Assembly: GCA_042562495.1 (NCBI GenBank)
Contig: JBHPMC010000004.1
Location: 405 to 64,404, forward strand
DNA: 64,000 nt
Origin: Candidatus Margulisiibacteriota bacterium
GTDB taxonomy: Bacteria; Margulisbacteria; Termititenacia; CAZZFK01
Reading direction: 5' to 3'
Under the pieces are notes generated by a model, which was not told where the DNA came from, did not search any database, and was given only the letters and a program-made list of their open reading frames with translations. Shown piece after piece: positions 42,828 to 51,774 of this stretch. Position 1 is the first letter of the stretch. Every line of letters begins with the position of its first letter. The position numbers and the translations under genes are program-made.

Positions 42828-44453
42828 TCAGTGTTTCTCGACTAATTTTCCATCGAACATATCTACCAAAGATTTAACGGCAGGATCGATGGCTTTTTTC
42901 TGATCAGAATTATTTTCGCCTGCTGACTCTTCTGCCTCTTCCATTTGGGCCCCAAATTCTAAAGGCTTTGCTGTGTAATCAGCCAAGATATCCCGAAAAA
43001 CAGCTAAATTATCTTTATCCATGAATTTTTCCTTATGAAAAGAGAAGTTCTTTTTAAAGCGCAAGATCAATTTGCCAGCCTTCATTTCGATCGGCTCACT
43101 TTCACAAAGTAATATATAGGTAGTAAATTTTTTGCCTTTGACCTTATTTAAGATATCCTGCCAATGGTGCTTTATCTCCGCCAAGGTCTGGATCTCTTCT
43201 GTATTACTTGGCGCAGCTTCTATCTTGGTAGGCTCCGGAACTTCTATTTTTTGTTTTTGCGGAGATACTTTCTTGGTTGGTTCCGAAATAGAAACAACCG
43301 GCTTCTTTTTTGCCGACAAATTTGCCCTGTTGGCGACTACTTTCTCAGGGACCTTTGCTTTTTTATTGCCCTGCTTGAAACTGCCTACCTCTATCAGGGC
43401 AATCTCCAAGATCAACCGCGCATTAGGAAACCAGCGCATTTCTCTTTGCGCCCTAGATAAGATCGAAATGATCTGCTTCAATCCTTCCAGATCGTACTGC
43501 GCTGTCTGCTCGTTTATTAAATTAAGCTGCTCTTCAGGTAAATTTATAGCTTCAAAAGCCTTGGCCTTGGCCAAGATCAGGTGACGATAGTGGTTTAAAA
43601 TATCTTTTGCCAACTGATCTATGTTTTTCCCGGCTATAACTAGCTCTTCAAGATATTTTAAAGCTTGGCCCGATTCTCCATTTAACAAATACTCCGCCAG
43701 CTTAAAAATACTACTAACATCTGTAGTGCCTAATACTGCCAAGACATCGTCGACCTTGATCTCTTTGCCCTTGAAGGAGTAGATCTGCTCCAGCAAAGAT
43801 ACGGCATCGCGCATGCCTCCTTCGGCATTTTGAGCTATAAGCCTCAAAGCCTTTTCCTCAACAGTGATCTTTTCTTTTTCTGCAATCATTTTTAACATCT
43901 TTAAGATATCCGGCAAGGTGATCATTTTGAAATCCAATCTCTGGCATCGTGAAAGAATCGTCACCGGTATCTTGTGCGGCTCTGTGGTGGCCAGCACAAA
44001 TATTGTATTTTCCGGAGGTTCCTCCAGGGTTTTTAAAAGAGCATTAAATGCCGGCTCAGTAAGCATATGCGCTTCATCGATGATATATATTTTGTATTTA
44101 CCTTCAACAGGTGCAAATGCGATCTTTTCCCGCAGATCCCGTATCTCATCAATACCCCGATTAGAAGCAGCATCTATTTCAAAAACATCTAAAGCTTCAC
44201 CCGATTTTATCCTCAAGCAAAGATCACACTCCAGGCAGGGCGTGACCGATCTGCCTTGGCGACAATTGAGCGCTTTCGCCAATATCCTTGCCGTACTGGT
44301 CTTTCCTGTGCCGCGCGGACCTGAAAAAATATAGGCATGGTTTAAGAGATCGTTCTGGATAGCATTTTGCAAAATTCTAATTACTGCAGTTTGCCCAATT
44401 ATCTCTGAAAAAGTTTGGGGACGATATTTTCTGTATAAAGAAACATGAGCCAT
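42828..44453 (-). CDS. dnaX: DNA polymerase III tau/gamma subunit
   Basis: 541 aa. Contains HAYIFSGPRGTGKTS, a Zn module (CRQGRSVTPCLECDLC) and SRCQRLDF. Confidence 0.9.
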   Translation of the reverse strand: MAHVSLYRKYRPQTFSEIIGQTAVIRILQNAIQNDLLNHAYIFSGPRGTGKTSTARILAKALNCRQGRSVTPCLECDLCLRIKSGEALDVFEIDAASNRGIDEIRDLREKIAFAPVEGKYKIYIIDEAHMLTEPAFNALLKTLEEPPENTIFVLATTEPHKIPVTILSRCQRLDFKMITLPDILKMLKMIAEKEKITVEEKALRLIAQNAEGGMRDAVSLLEQIYSFKGKEIKVDDVLAVLGTTDVSSIFKLAEYLLNGESGQALKYLEELVIAGKNIDQLAKDILNHYRHLILAKAKAFEAINLPEEQLNLINEQTAQYDLEGLKQIISILSRAQREMRWFPNARLILEIALIEVGSFKQGNKKAKVPEKVVANRANLSAKKKPVVSISEPTKKVSPQKQKIEVPEPTKIEAAPSNTEEIQTLAEIKHHWQDILNKVKGKKFTTYILLCESEPIEMKAGKLILRFKKNFSFHKEKFMDKDNLAVFRDILADYTAKPLEFGAQMEEAEESAGENNSDQKKAIDPAVKSLVDMFDGKLVEKH

Positions 44454-44514
44454 TAAAAATCCTTTAAGTATATCTAGCTTATTTAACCAGCCCCGTCAAT
44501 GGCCTGCAATTGTT

Positions 44515-45603
44515 TTACTTATAAATCCGAGGAACTCTTTTGCCTATGCCACACATTACTTCATAGGCTATTGTATTGGTGAGCCTGTTGATCTCCGACA
44601 TGGCTATTTCTTCATTACCTTGCTTGCCGATCATGACCACCTCATCACCAACCTTAATACCTTCAGAACCAGTTGCATCAACCAGGAACATGTCCATACA
44701 CACGCGCCCGACCATAGGATAACGCACGCCATTTATCAATACCTGCCCTTTATTCGACAACAATCTACTTAAACCATCTGCATAACCAGCAGAGATTGTA
44801 ACGATCTTAGAATCATGTTCGGTAATAAATGTTGCCCCATAGCTTAAAGGAGTTCCTGTTTTGACATCTTTTAAATAAGCCACATGTGATTTAAAAGTCA
44901 GCACTTTGTCATAAAGCATGATCCCTGCCCGGACCATATCCATTTGTGTTTGGGGATAATTTTGGATCGCGGCTGAGTTGGCAGCATGCTTAATTGGCGG
45001 TACTTTTATCCCTTCTTTTTCAAGATCAGTGATCATTTTATTGAATTTATGCAGCTGCTGCAAAGTAAAATCATCTTTTTCTTTTACACCTTCGAGCTTC
45101 TCATCCGCCTTGGCAAAATGAGTAAATACACCTTCAAGCTCTAAGCCTGGCAATGTATATAAACTGGCGATCAACTGAACGGCCTCTTCCGGATGGACAC
45201 CGATCCTGCCCATTCCAGTATCTACTTTTATATGAATTTTAACTTTTTTACCTTTAGCTTCAGCTGCCGCAGAAAGCGATCTGGCAAAAGGCAGTGAATA
45301 AATCGTTTGGGAAACATCCAGATCAATAATATCATCTACAATATTACTAACAGGCTCGCTTAGGATAAGAATGGGAGCTTTTATTCCTGCAGCCCTCAGC
45401 TCCAGAGCTTCCGTCACCCAAGCCACGCCTAAATATTCTACTCCTTGGGAAATGAGCAGCTCAGCGACTTCGCGGGCCCCATGCCCATAAGCATCCGCTT
45501 TGACCACACCCATTATCTTTGTCGAAGGAGAAATAAGCGTGCGAACTCTGCGTACATTCTCTGCCAGTTGATTTAAATTTACTTCAGCAAAAGTACGCTT
45601 CAT
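44515..45603 (-). CDS. alr: Alanine racemase
   Basis: 362 aa. Contains the PLP-lysine motif VVKADAYGHGA, and the C-terminus is typical of the family. Confidence 0.9.
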   Translation of the reverse strand: MKRTFAEVNLNQLAENVRRVRTLISPSTKIMGVVKADAYGHGAREVAELLISQGVEYLGVAWVTEALELRAAGIKAPILILSEPVSNIVDDIIDLDVSQTIYSLPFARSLSAAAEAKGKKVKIHIKVDTGMGRIGVHPEEAVQLIASLYTLPGLELEGVFTHFAKADEKLEGVKEKDDFTLQQLHKFNKMITDLEKEGIKVPPIKHAANSAAIQNYPQTQMDMVRAGIMLYDKVLTFKSHVAYLKDVKTGTPLSYGATFITEHDSKIVTISAGYADGLSRLLSNKGQVLINGVRYPMVGRVCMDMFLVDATGSEGIKVGDEVVMIGKQGNEEIAMSEINRLTNTIAYEVMCGIGKRVPRIYK

Positions 45604-45610
45604 TTTCGTG

Positions 45611-46444
45611 CTACCCGCCTTTGTGTTTGTGGGCAGCCGCTTTTAGTTTATCAACATGCTCATCAGCTAAAGTTATACTCCCCAGGATAGCATCATAGAT
45701 CGCATCCACAGCCTGATGAAAATCCGACCCACCCGTCACTAATAGCTTATTTTCTTCAGTAATTCTTAGGAATTCTTCTATCTGTGCATTAGAATGCTTC
45801 AAACAATAGACCTCAATCCCCTGCAGCCCTTTATCTATCATCATCGGGATCAACTCATTTATTTTGTAGACGCCTGGATGAGCCAAGACCGGCACTCCAT
45901 TGGCTTTTCTAATGAGCTCTATCGCTTGAAAAGGATCCCACTTAATCAGATCAACATAGGCAGGTGCCCCTACTTTTAAATATTTATTAAAAGCTTCGGC
46001 CACTGAATCTGCATAGCCATGTTCACAGAGTATTCTTGCCACATGTGGTCTGCCCAAAGAACTATGCCCTGCCAATCGCTCTACTTCCTCATATTCAATG
46101 GGGACCTTTAGTTTATTTAATTTTTCAACTATCATTTTAGCCCGGCGAACACGCATTTTCCTGCTTTCGCCTAACGCTTCCTGGAACCAACGCTCCTTAT
46201 AATCTATAAAATAACCTAAGATATGGATCTCTGCTTTATCCAAACGGGTATTTAATTCAACTCCGGGAATAACTTCTAAGCCGACCTGCTGCCCGGCCCG
46301 GATAGCCTGATCTACTCCGCTTACTGTATCGTGATCAGTGATCGCGATCGTCTTTAAGCCGACCTTTTTAGCAACTTCCACTACTTTTTGCGGAGAAAGA
46401 AAGCCATCCGAATAATTTGTATGGATATGTAGATCAGCAGCCAT
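45611..46444 (-). CDS. PHP-domain phosphoesterase (TrpH/YciV-like)
   Basis: 277 aa. Contains DLHIHTNYSDG and ITDHDT motifs. Confidence 0.8.
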   Translation of the reverse strand: MAADLHIHTNYSDGFLSPQKVVEVAKKVGLKTIAITDHDTVSGVDQAIRAGQQVGLEVIPGVELNTRLDKAEIHILGYFIDYKERWFQEALGESRKMRVRRAKMIVEKLNKLKVPIEYEEVERLAGHSSLGRPHVARILCEHGYADSVAEAFNKYLKVGAPAYVDLIKWDPFQAIELIRKANGVPVLAHPGVYKINELIPMMIDKGLQGIEVYCLKHSNAQIEEFLRITEENKLLVTGGSDFHQAVDAIYDAILGSITLADEHVDKLKAAAHKHKGG

Positions 46445-46453
46445 ATTATGGAG

Positions 46454-47086
46454 TTATCGCTTTCTTAAATTTCTATCCCCACTTAGGCTTTTTTCTTGAA
46501 AATGACGATATATATGTAGGGTTCTCCATACTACGGTGGCAATTGTCATCGCTGCGATCACGAACAGACCAAAGATCGCTCGATCCAGTGCTAAAGTAAC
46601 AGCTAGTATTATGATCCGCTCTGCTGGCGGCAAAAAATCTTCTTCAACTCTTATTTTATAACTTTCTGCACAGCTGCGAGTATAGGTCACCAACCAACTC
46701 CCGGCCATGGCGAACAAAGCAAAAAGAACCGCAAAATAATTATAGGAAGTTACAAAATAAATTATCAAAGCTAAGTAAAAGAAAGCTTCCGCTACTCGAT
46801 CAGCTACCGAATCCCAAAAAGCACCGAATTTTGAAATATTTTTGGCAACTCTGGCCAGGCTGCCATCTAACAGATCAAAAATACCCCCAATGATCAATAA
46901 TCCGGCACCTATTGCCAGATAACCTCTTAATACAAAATAGGCCGCAAGCAAATTTACCAGAAGCCCGAAAGTCGTCAGCCCATTGGGCGTGACCCCCACA
47001 TTGAATAAACGCCGGGCCAGACGATTGGCTCGTTCTTTTCCCCATTTTTCTATTTTTTCACTTATTAATTTAACTCGGAAAGTCAT
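46454..47086 (-). CDS. CDP-alcohol phosphatidyltransferase (PgsA-like)
   Basis: 210 aa. Contains the motif DLLDGSLARVAKNISKFGAFWDSVADRV, i.e. D-G-x2-A-R-x8-G-x3-D-x3-D. It is adjacent to pgpA. Confidence 0.75.
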   Translation of the reverse strand: MTFRVKLISEKIEKWGKERANRLARRLFNVGVTPNGLTTFGLLVNLLAAYFVLRGYLAIGAGLLIIGGIFDLLDGSLARVAKNISKFGAFWDSVADRVAEAFFYLALIIYFVTSYNYFAVLFALFAMAGSWLVTYTRSCAESYKIRVEEDFLPPAERIIILAVTLALDRAIFGLFVIAAMTIATVVWRTLHIYRHFQEKSLSGDRNLRKR

Positions 47087-47097
47087 TGTGTGTTATT

Positions 47098-47559
47098 TTA
47101 TAGGAATAGGATAACACTTTGCAAACAAAGGGCAGTGAAAAATCCGGAGATAACATCATCTAGCATCACACCCCAGCCCCCAGGATAAGCTTCTGCCTGC
47201 TTGATCAGCCCGGGCTTTACTATATCGAAGAACCGGAAAAGACCAAACCCAAGAGCTAAAAGGATCAGTTTGTGTTCATAATAAAAACAAAGGGGTATAA
47301 ATGCTATTAACTGCCCAGCTACTTCATCTAAAGAAAAGATGGGTTTATCTTTTTCCCCGGCCAATTTATTAGCTTCTCCGGTAATATAGACACCCGCCAA
47401 AGTAATAACTATTACAATGCTTATATATTGGTCCGGTGCAAGATCTAATAAATAGTACGCTATCATTGTGGTTAAAGCAGAAGTAAATGTCCCGGGCAGT
47501 TTGGGGAAATAACCAGCCCCAAAAAAGGTGCCCAGCAGGTAAATAATAAGCTTTTTCAT
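47098..47559 (-). CDS. pgpA: Phosphatidylglycerophosphatase A
   Basis: Contains FGAGYFPKLPGTFTS, FSLDEVAG and GGWGVMLDDVISG. The start is taken at the ATG at 47559 (MKKLIIYLLG); the track ORF adds 12 codons. Confidence 0.8.
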   Translation of the reverse strand: MKKLIIYLLGTFFGAGYFPKLPGTFTSALTTMIAYYLLDLAPDQYISIVIVITLAGVYITGEANKLAGEKDKPIFSLDEVAGQLIAFIPLCFYYEHKLILLALGFGLFRFFDIVKPGLIKQAEAYPGGWGVMLDDVISGFFTALCLQSVILFL

Positions 47560-47587
47560 GAGCGCTAATATATCATATAATAAAATT

Positions 47588-48193
47588 ATGAGCACTTTAG
47601 TATTGCTTCGTCATGGAGAATCTACCTGGAATAAAGCCAACAAGTTCACCGGCTGGACAGATGTTCCTCTTTCTCCCAAAGGTGAAGAGGAAGCTTTAGC
47701 CGCCGGCCAAAAATTAAGCTCCTATAAGTTCGACAAAGCTTATACTTCCGAGCTGATCAGAGCTCAGCAAACTTTGACCATTGTCCTTAAGGCCATCCAG
47801 CAAGAAACAATTCCGATCACTAAAGATAAAGCTCTAAATGAAAGACATTACGGTGAGCTACAGGGCCTGAACAAAACTGAAACTGCTAAGAAATTCGGTG
47901 CCGAACAAGTTCATTTGTGGCGCAGAAGCTATGATATCGCTCCTCCCGGTGGAGAAAGCTTAAAGGATACTGCTGAGCGGGCCATTCCCTACTTTAATAA
48001 ACATATCCTAACCAACTTAAAAAAAGGCTTAGATATTATTGTCTCGGCCCATGGCAACAGCTTGCGGGCAATTATCATGAATTTAGATAAGCTTTCAACT
48101 GACCAGGTCTTAAAACTTGAGCTGCCGACCGGTGTGCCGGTCATTTACGAATTCGATAAAGCAGGTAAGATATTATCCAAGAAAATACTCTAG
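47588..48193 (+). CDS. gpmA: 2,3-bisphosphoglycerate-dependent phosphoglycerate mutase (histidine phosphatase family)
   Basis: MSTLVLLRHGESTWNKANKFTGWTDVPLS matches the GpmA N-terminus. The start is taken at 47588; the track ORF adds 10 codons that overlap the pgpA start. Confidence 0.8.
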   Translation: MSTLVLLRHGESTWNKANKFTGWTDVPLSPKGEEEALAAGQKLSSYKFDKAYTSELIRAQQTLTIVLKAIQQETIPITKDKALNERHYGELQGLNKTETAKKFGAEQVHLWRRSYDIAPPGGESLKDTAERAIPYFNKHILTNLKKGLDIIVSAHGNSLRAIIMNLDKLSTDQVLKLELPTGVPVIYEFDKAGKILSKKIL

Positions 48194-48215
48194 CTCTGTT
48201 ATATACTTACCCCCT

Positions 48216-49265
48216 ATGAAATCTGTAAAAAAATATTTTATCCTAACTTACGGCTGTCAGATGAATAAGAATGATTCTGAACACTTGGCCGGCATGTTCG
48301 AATTCCAGGGCTTGAAACCCGCCCAAGATGCCCTCAGTGCTAATGTGGTCATCCTCAACACTTGTTCTGTACGGGATAAATCCGAACGCAGGGTATTCGG
48401 CAAGCTCCATGAGCTAAACCACTTGCGGCAGAAGAAAAAACTTAATATGGAGCTGGGCATTACGGGTTGTATGCCCAAACGTGATACAGAAATGATCAAG
48501 AAAGAAGTTCCTTTCTTAGAACATTACATTGATATTGAAGATGCCAGGCAATACCCCCTTAAACGTTCACATACGGACCAAGCCTGGGTCTCGATCATGT
48601 ACGGCTGTGATAATTACTGCTCTTACTGTATCGTCCCCTACACTCGTGGCCGTGAACGGTCCAGGTCTGTTAAAGATATCTTAAAAGAAATATCCGAGAT
48701 CGATCATAAGCTCTATCCTCATTTAATGTTATTAGGGCAGAACGTTAATTCATATAAAGGAAAGAACGCTATTGGAGATCCAGTAGATTTTGCCGATCTT
48801 TTAAAACTTATCAATAATATAGAAGAAGTTAAAAAGATCGAGTTTTTGACCTCACACCCTAAAGATATGTCCGATAAGCTCATAGATACTCTATCTGCTT
48901 TGCCAAAAATGGGCAGGGAATTACACTTTCCGCTGCAGGCAGGGAACGATCGTATCTTAGCGTTGATGAACCGCGGTTATACTTATGCCCGGTATAAGGC
49001 CTTGGTAGAAAAGATCCGCAAAAAAGACCCAAAATTCCTGATCTCAACGGATCTGATCGCTGGCTTTCCCTCCGAGACCGATGCTGAATTCCAGGACACA
49101 TTAAAAGCCGTAAGAGAATTGAAATTCCACAGGGTCATTACTACGGCATTTTCACCTCGCCCGGGTACTAAAGCAGCAGAGTTGCCTAAACAATTGGCAC
49201 TTAAGATCAGGGCCTCTCGGCTACAACAATTAATGCAAGTTGTCGATGAAGTTAAATCTGGCTAG
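48216..49265 (+). CDS. MiaB/RimO-family radical-SAM methylthiotransferase lacking the TRAM domain
   Basis: The start is taken at MKSVKKYFILTYGCQMN (UPF0004 domain). The radical-SAM motif is CDNYCSYCIVPYTRG. The protein ends right after the SPRPGT...RLQQL block. Confidence 0.75.
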   Translation: MKSVKKYFILTYGCQMNKNDSEHLAGMFEFQGLKPAQDALSANVVILNTCSVRDKSERRVFGKLHELNHLRQKKKLNMELGITGCMPKRDTEMIKKEVPFLEHYIDIEDARQYPLKRSHTDQAWVSIMYGCDNYCSYCIVPYTRGRERSRSVKDILKEISEIDHKLYPHLMLLGQNVNSYKGKNAIGDPVDFADLLKLINNIEEVKKIEFLTSHPKDMSDKLIDTLSALPKMGRELHFPLQAGNDRILALMNRGYTYARYKALVEKIRKKDPKFLISTDLIAGFPSETDAEFQDTLKAVRELKFHRVITTAFSPRPGTKAAELPKQLALKIRASRLQQLMQVVDEVKSG

Positions 49266-49266
49266 T

Positions 49267-49296
49267 TTGACGAAAAAACGACCCAGCACGTATAAT
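49267..49296 (+). promoter_or_regulatory. Candidate sigma70-type promoter for prs
   Basis: TTGACG (49267-49272), an 18-nt spacer, then TATAAT (49291-49296). An AAGGAG SD lies at 49315-49320. Confidence 0.55.
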
Positions 49297-49327
49297 TAAC
49301 ATCTCTTTTTTGTGAAAGGAGCAGATA

Positions 49328-50296
49328 TTGTCCAATTCAAATAACGGTAAAATGAAAGTCTTTTCGGGATTCTCTCACCCAAAATTAGCAGAAGAAATCG
49401 CTACTTACATAGGTACTGATCTAGGCAAGGTCAAGCTTTCTAAATTTAGTTGCGGTGAGACTTATGCGCGTATTTTAGATAATATCCGCGGTGTTGAAGT
49501 TTTTATCATCCAAACTACTACTAAAAATGTAAATGACAATATAATGGAACTGCTGATCATGATCGATGCTGCCCGCAGAGCCTCGGCCAAAAAGATCCAT
49601 GCCGTAATCCCTCACTTTCCTTATTCCAGGCAGGATAAAAAATCAGCTTCCCGCGAACCAGTCTCTTCCCGCCTGGTAGCGGATCTATTGGAAGTAACCG
49701 GCGTAGACCGCGTGATCACTATGGATCTGCACGCCGATCAGATCCAAGGCTTCTTTAAAGTCCCTGTGGATCACATGTCCGCGCTACCTTTATTTGATGT
49801 TTATTTTAAGAATAAAAAATTATTCGGCAAGAATGTTGTAGTTGTTGCTCCGGATACCGGAAGAGCAAAAGCCGCAAAAAAATTCGCCGACCGCCTGGGC
49901 TCCGGCACAGAGATCGCTATCATCCATAAACATCGTGATCCAAATAAACATAATAAATCCGAGACCTTACATTTGATCGGTGATGTCAAAGATAAGATCA
50001 CCATCCTTTATGACGACATAGTCGATACCGGCGGCAGTGTGATCAATGGTCTGGAAGTGATCAAGAAGAACAAGGCTAAAGAAGTATACTTAGCCGCTAC
50101 TCATGCGGTATTCTCCGGCCCGGCTATTGAGCGTTTAAAGCAAGCTGATTTCACTGAGATCGTCGTCACCGACACAGTGCCTTTGGCCAAGGAAAAACGC
50201 TGGAAGAATCTAAAGGTCATCTCTTCTGCTCCTCTCTTGGGAGAAGCGATCAAACGTATCCACGAGAACACTTCGATAAGCGAGCTGTTCGACTAA
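49328..50296 (+). CDS. prs: Ribose-phosphate pyrophosphokinase
   Basis: 322 aa. Contains VIPHFPYSRQDKK and the DLHADQIQGFF and DDIVDTGGS motifs. A TTG start lies 7 nt after the SD; an alternative ATG is at 49352. Confidence 0.9.
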   Translation: MSNSNNGKMKVFSGFSHPKLAEEIATYIGTDLGKVKLSKFSCGETYARILDNIRGVEVFIIQTTTKNVNDNIMELLIMIDAARRASAKKIHAVIPHFPYSRQDKKSASREPVSSRLVADLLEVTGVDRVITMDLHADQIQGFFKVPVDHMSALPLFDVYFKNKKLFGKNVVVVAPDTGRAKAAKKFADRLGSGTEIAIIHKHRDPNKHNKSETLHLIGDVKDKITILYDDIVDTGGSVINGLEVIKKNKAKEVYLAATHAVFSGPAIERLKQADFTEIVVTDTVPLAKEKRWKNLKVISSAPLLGEAIKRIHENTSISELFD

Positions 50297-50323
50297 TAAA
50301 TAGCGTACAAGACGGAGTATAAA

Positions 50324-50974
50324 ATGGATGTGATCATTGTCGGGTGTGGACGTGTAGGAGCAGAACTGGCGACCCTGCTTTCTGGTGAAGGTCACAATGT
50401 CACCATCATCGACAAAAATCCCTCTTCTTTATCACGTTTAGGCAAGACTTTTAATGGTATCCGACTGGTCGGCAATGGAATCGATCGCGATATATTGCTT
50501 AAAGCCGGGATCAGTACTGCCGATGCTTTTGTTATGGTCACCGATGGCGATAATACAAATATCATGGCCTCCGAAATAGCCAAAAAGATCTTTAAAGTAC
50601 CTAAAGTAACTGCCAGGCTTTATGATGCCAGGCGCGCGGAAATTTATAAACGTTTGGGCTTAAGCATAATCAGCGGTACCACCCTGGTCGCATCTCAGAT
50701 CCGCGACAAACTAATTGAGAGTCATTTTTCCAGCTATTTTACCGAGACCAAAGGTATGGGTACGATCGAGATCAACATCACTGATAAATTCGCAAATAAG
50801 AAAGTAAAGAATTTCAACCGAAAAGATGAGTTCTTGATCGCTACTATTATCAAAAAAGTAGGCCCCATTCTGCCTACTCCGAACACTATCTTAGAAAAAG
50901 GCGATGTCTTGATCGGCATTGTCCGCATCGAAAGCTTAAAAAAGATCAAGAAACTATTTGAGCTCAAGGAGTAA
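50324..50974 (+). CDS. trkA: Trk/Ktr potassium-uptake RCK-domain protein (half-size TrkA)
   Basis: 216 aa. Contains IIVGCGRVGAELA (Rossmann, TrkA-N) plus a TrkA-C-like C-terminus. Confidence 0.8.
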   Translation: MDVIIVGCGRVGAELATLLSGEGHNVTIIDKNPSSLSRLGKTFNGIRLVGNGIDRDILLKAGISTADAFVMVTDGDNTNIMASEIAKKIFKVPKVTARLYDARRAEIYKRLGLSIISGTTLVASQIRDKLIESHFSSYFTETKGMGTIEINITDKFANKKVKNFNRKDEFLIATIIKKVGPILPTPNTILEKGDVLIGIVRIESLKKIKKLFELKE

Positions 50975-50977
50975 CTT

Positions 50978-51634
50978 ATGTATGTAATTATCTGTGGCGG
51001 CGGCAAGGTCGGCTACTCTCTGGCCAAAAGATTGGCTGAAGAAAAGAACAAAGTGATCCTGATCGAGCGCGATCTGGAAAAATGCAAAACTATAGCCAAA
51101 GATATTAAAGCTATCGTCATCCATGGCGATGCTTGCGAGCCCAAGTATTTGGAAGAAGCAACTGCTGAAAAAGCAGATGTGATCGTAGCGGTCACCGGAG
51201 ATGATGAAGATAATCTGGTCATTTGCCAGCTGGCCAAGACCTATTATTCCGTTCCCCGCACAGTTGCCCGTGTCAACGATCCCCGCAATGAATTTTCCTT
51301 TGTTCAATTAGGCGTAGATGTGCCGGTCAATGCCACCAATGTCATCGCCCAAGTGATCAACCAGGAAGTCTCTTTAGATGAATTGAGCACTTTATTGAAG
51401 TTCAAGCAAGGCAAGATCTCCATTGTCCAAGGCAAGATCACTAATAAATCAGCTCTGCTGAAGAAGCAATTAAAAAACATTAAATTACCTCAGAATTGCA
51501 TCATTGTTTCGATCTTGCGCAAAGAACACATCATCGTACCCAAAGGGGATACGCAATTGAAAAAAGATGATGAGGTCTTGGCAGTTACTACGGCCGAGAA
51601 TGAAAAGCAATTCCACAAAATTTTAACAGGCTAA
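50978..51634 (+). CDS. trkA: Trk/Ktr potassium-uptake RCK-domain protein (second half-size TrkA)
   Basis: 218 aa. Contains VIICGGGKVGYSLA plus a TrkA-C-like C-terminus. Confidence 0.8.
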   Translation: MYVIICGGGKVGYSLAKRLAEEKNKVILIERDLEKCKTIAKDIKAIVIHGDACEPKYLEEATAEKADVIVAVTGDDEDNLVICQLAKTYYSVPRTVARVNDPRNEFSFVQLGVDVPVNATNVIAQVINQEVSLDELSTLLKFKQGKISIVQGKITNKSALLKKQLKNIKLPQNCIIVSILRKEHIIVPKGDTQLKKDDEVLAVTTAENEKQFHKILTG

Positions 51635-51774
51635 TGGAAATAATCGGCTTTAAATTCAAATTTCGTAATTTTTGGCAATCTTTTTTTGGGATGTTCAGCG
51701 AAATATTATTTATCCTGCTTTTTACAGCCTGCGGTTTTTGCTTAGTTTGGCTGATACATACTTTAGTTAAATGA
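51634..51774 (+). CDS. Small single-TM protein (46 aa) between trkA and trkH
   Basis: Absent from the ORF track. Its ATG overlaps the trkA TAA (TAATG) and its TGA overlaps the trkH ATG (ATGA). Translation: MEIIGFKFKFRNFWQSFFGMFSEILFILLFTACGFCLVWLIHTLVK. Confidence 0.55.
   Translation: MEIIGFKFKFRNFWQSFFGMFSEILFILLFTACGFCLVWLIHTLVK

Noticed and set aside
43132-44334. 150-, 98- and 156-aa plus-strand ORFs
   Set aside because: All are antisense to dnaX, so they are shadow ORFs.
50954-51307. 117-aa minus-strand ORF
   Set aside because: It is antisense to the second trkA gene, so it is a shadow ORF.
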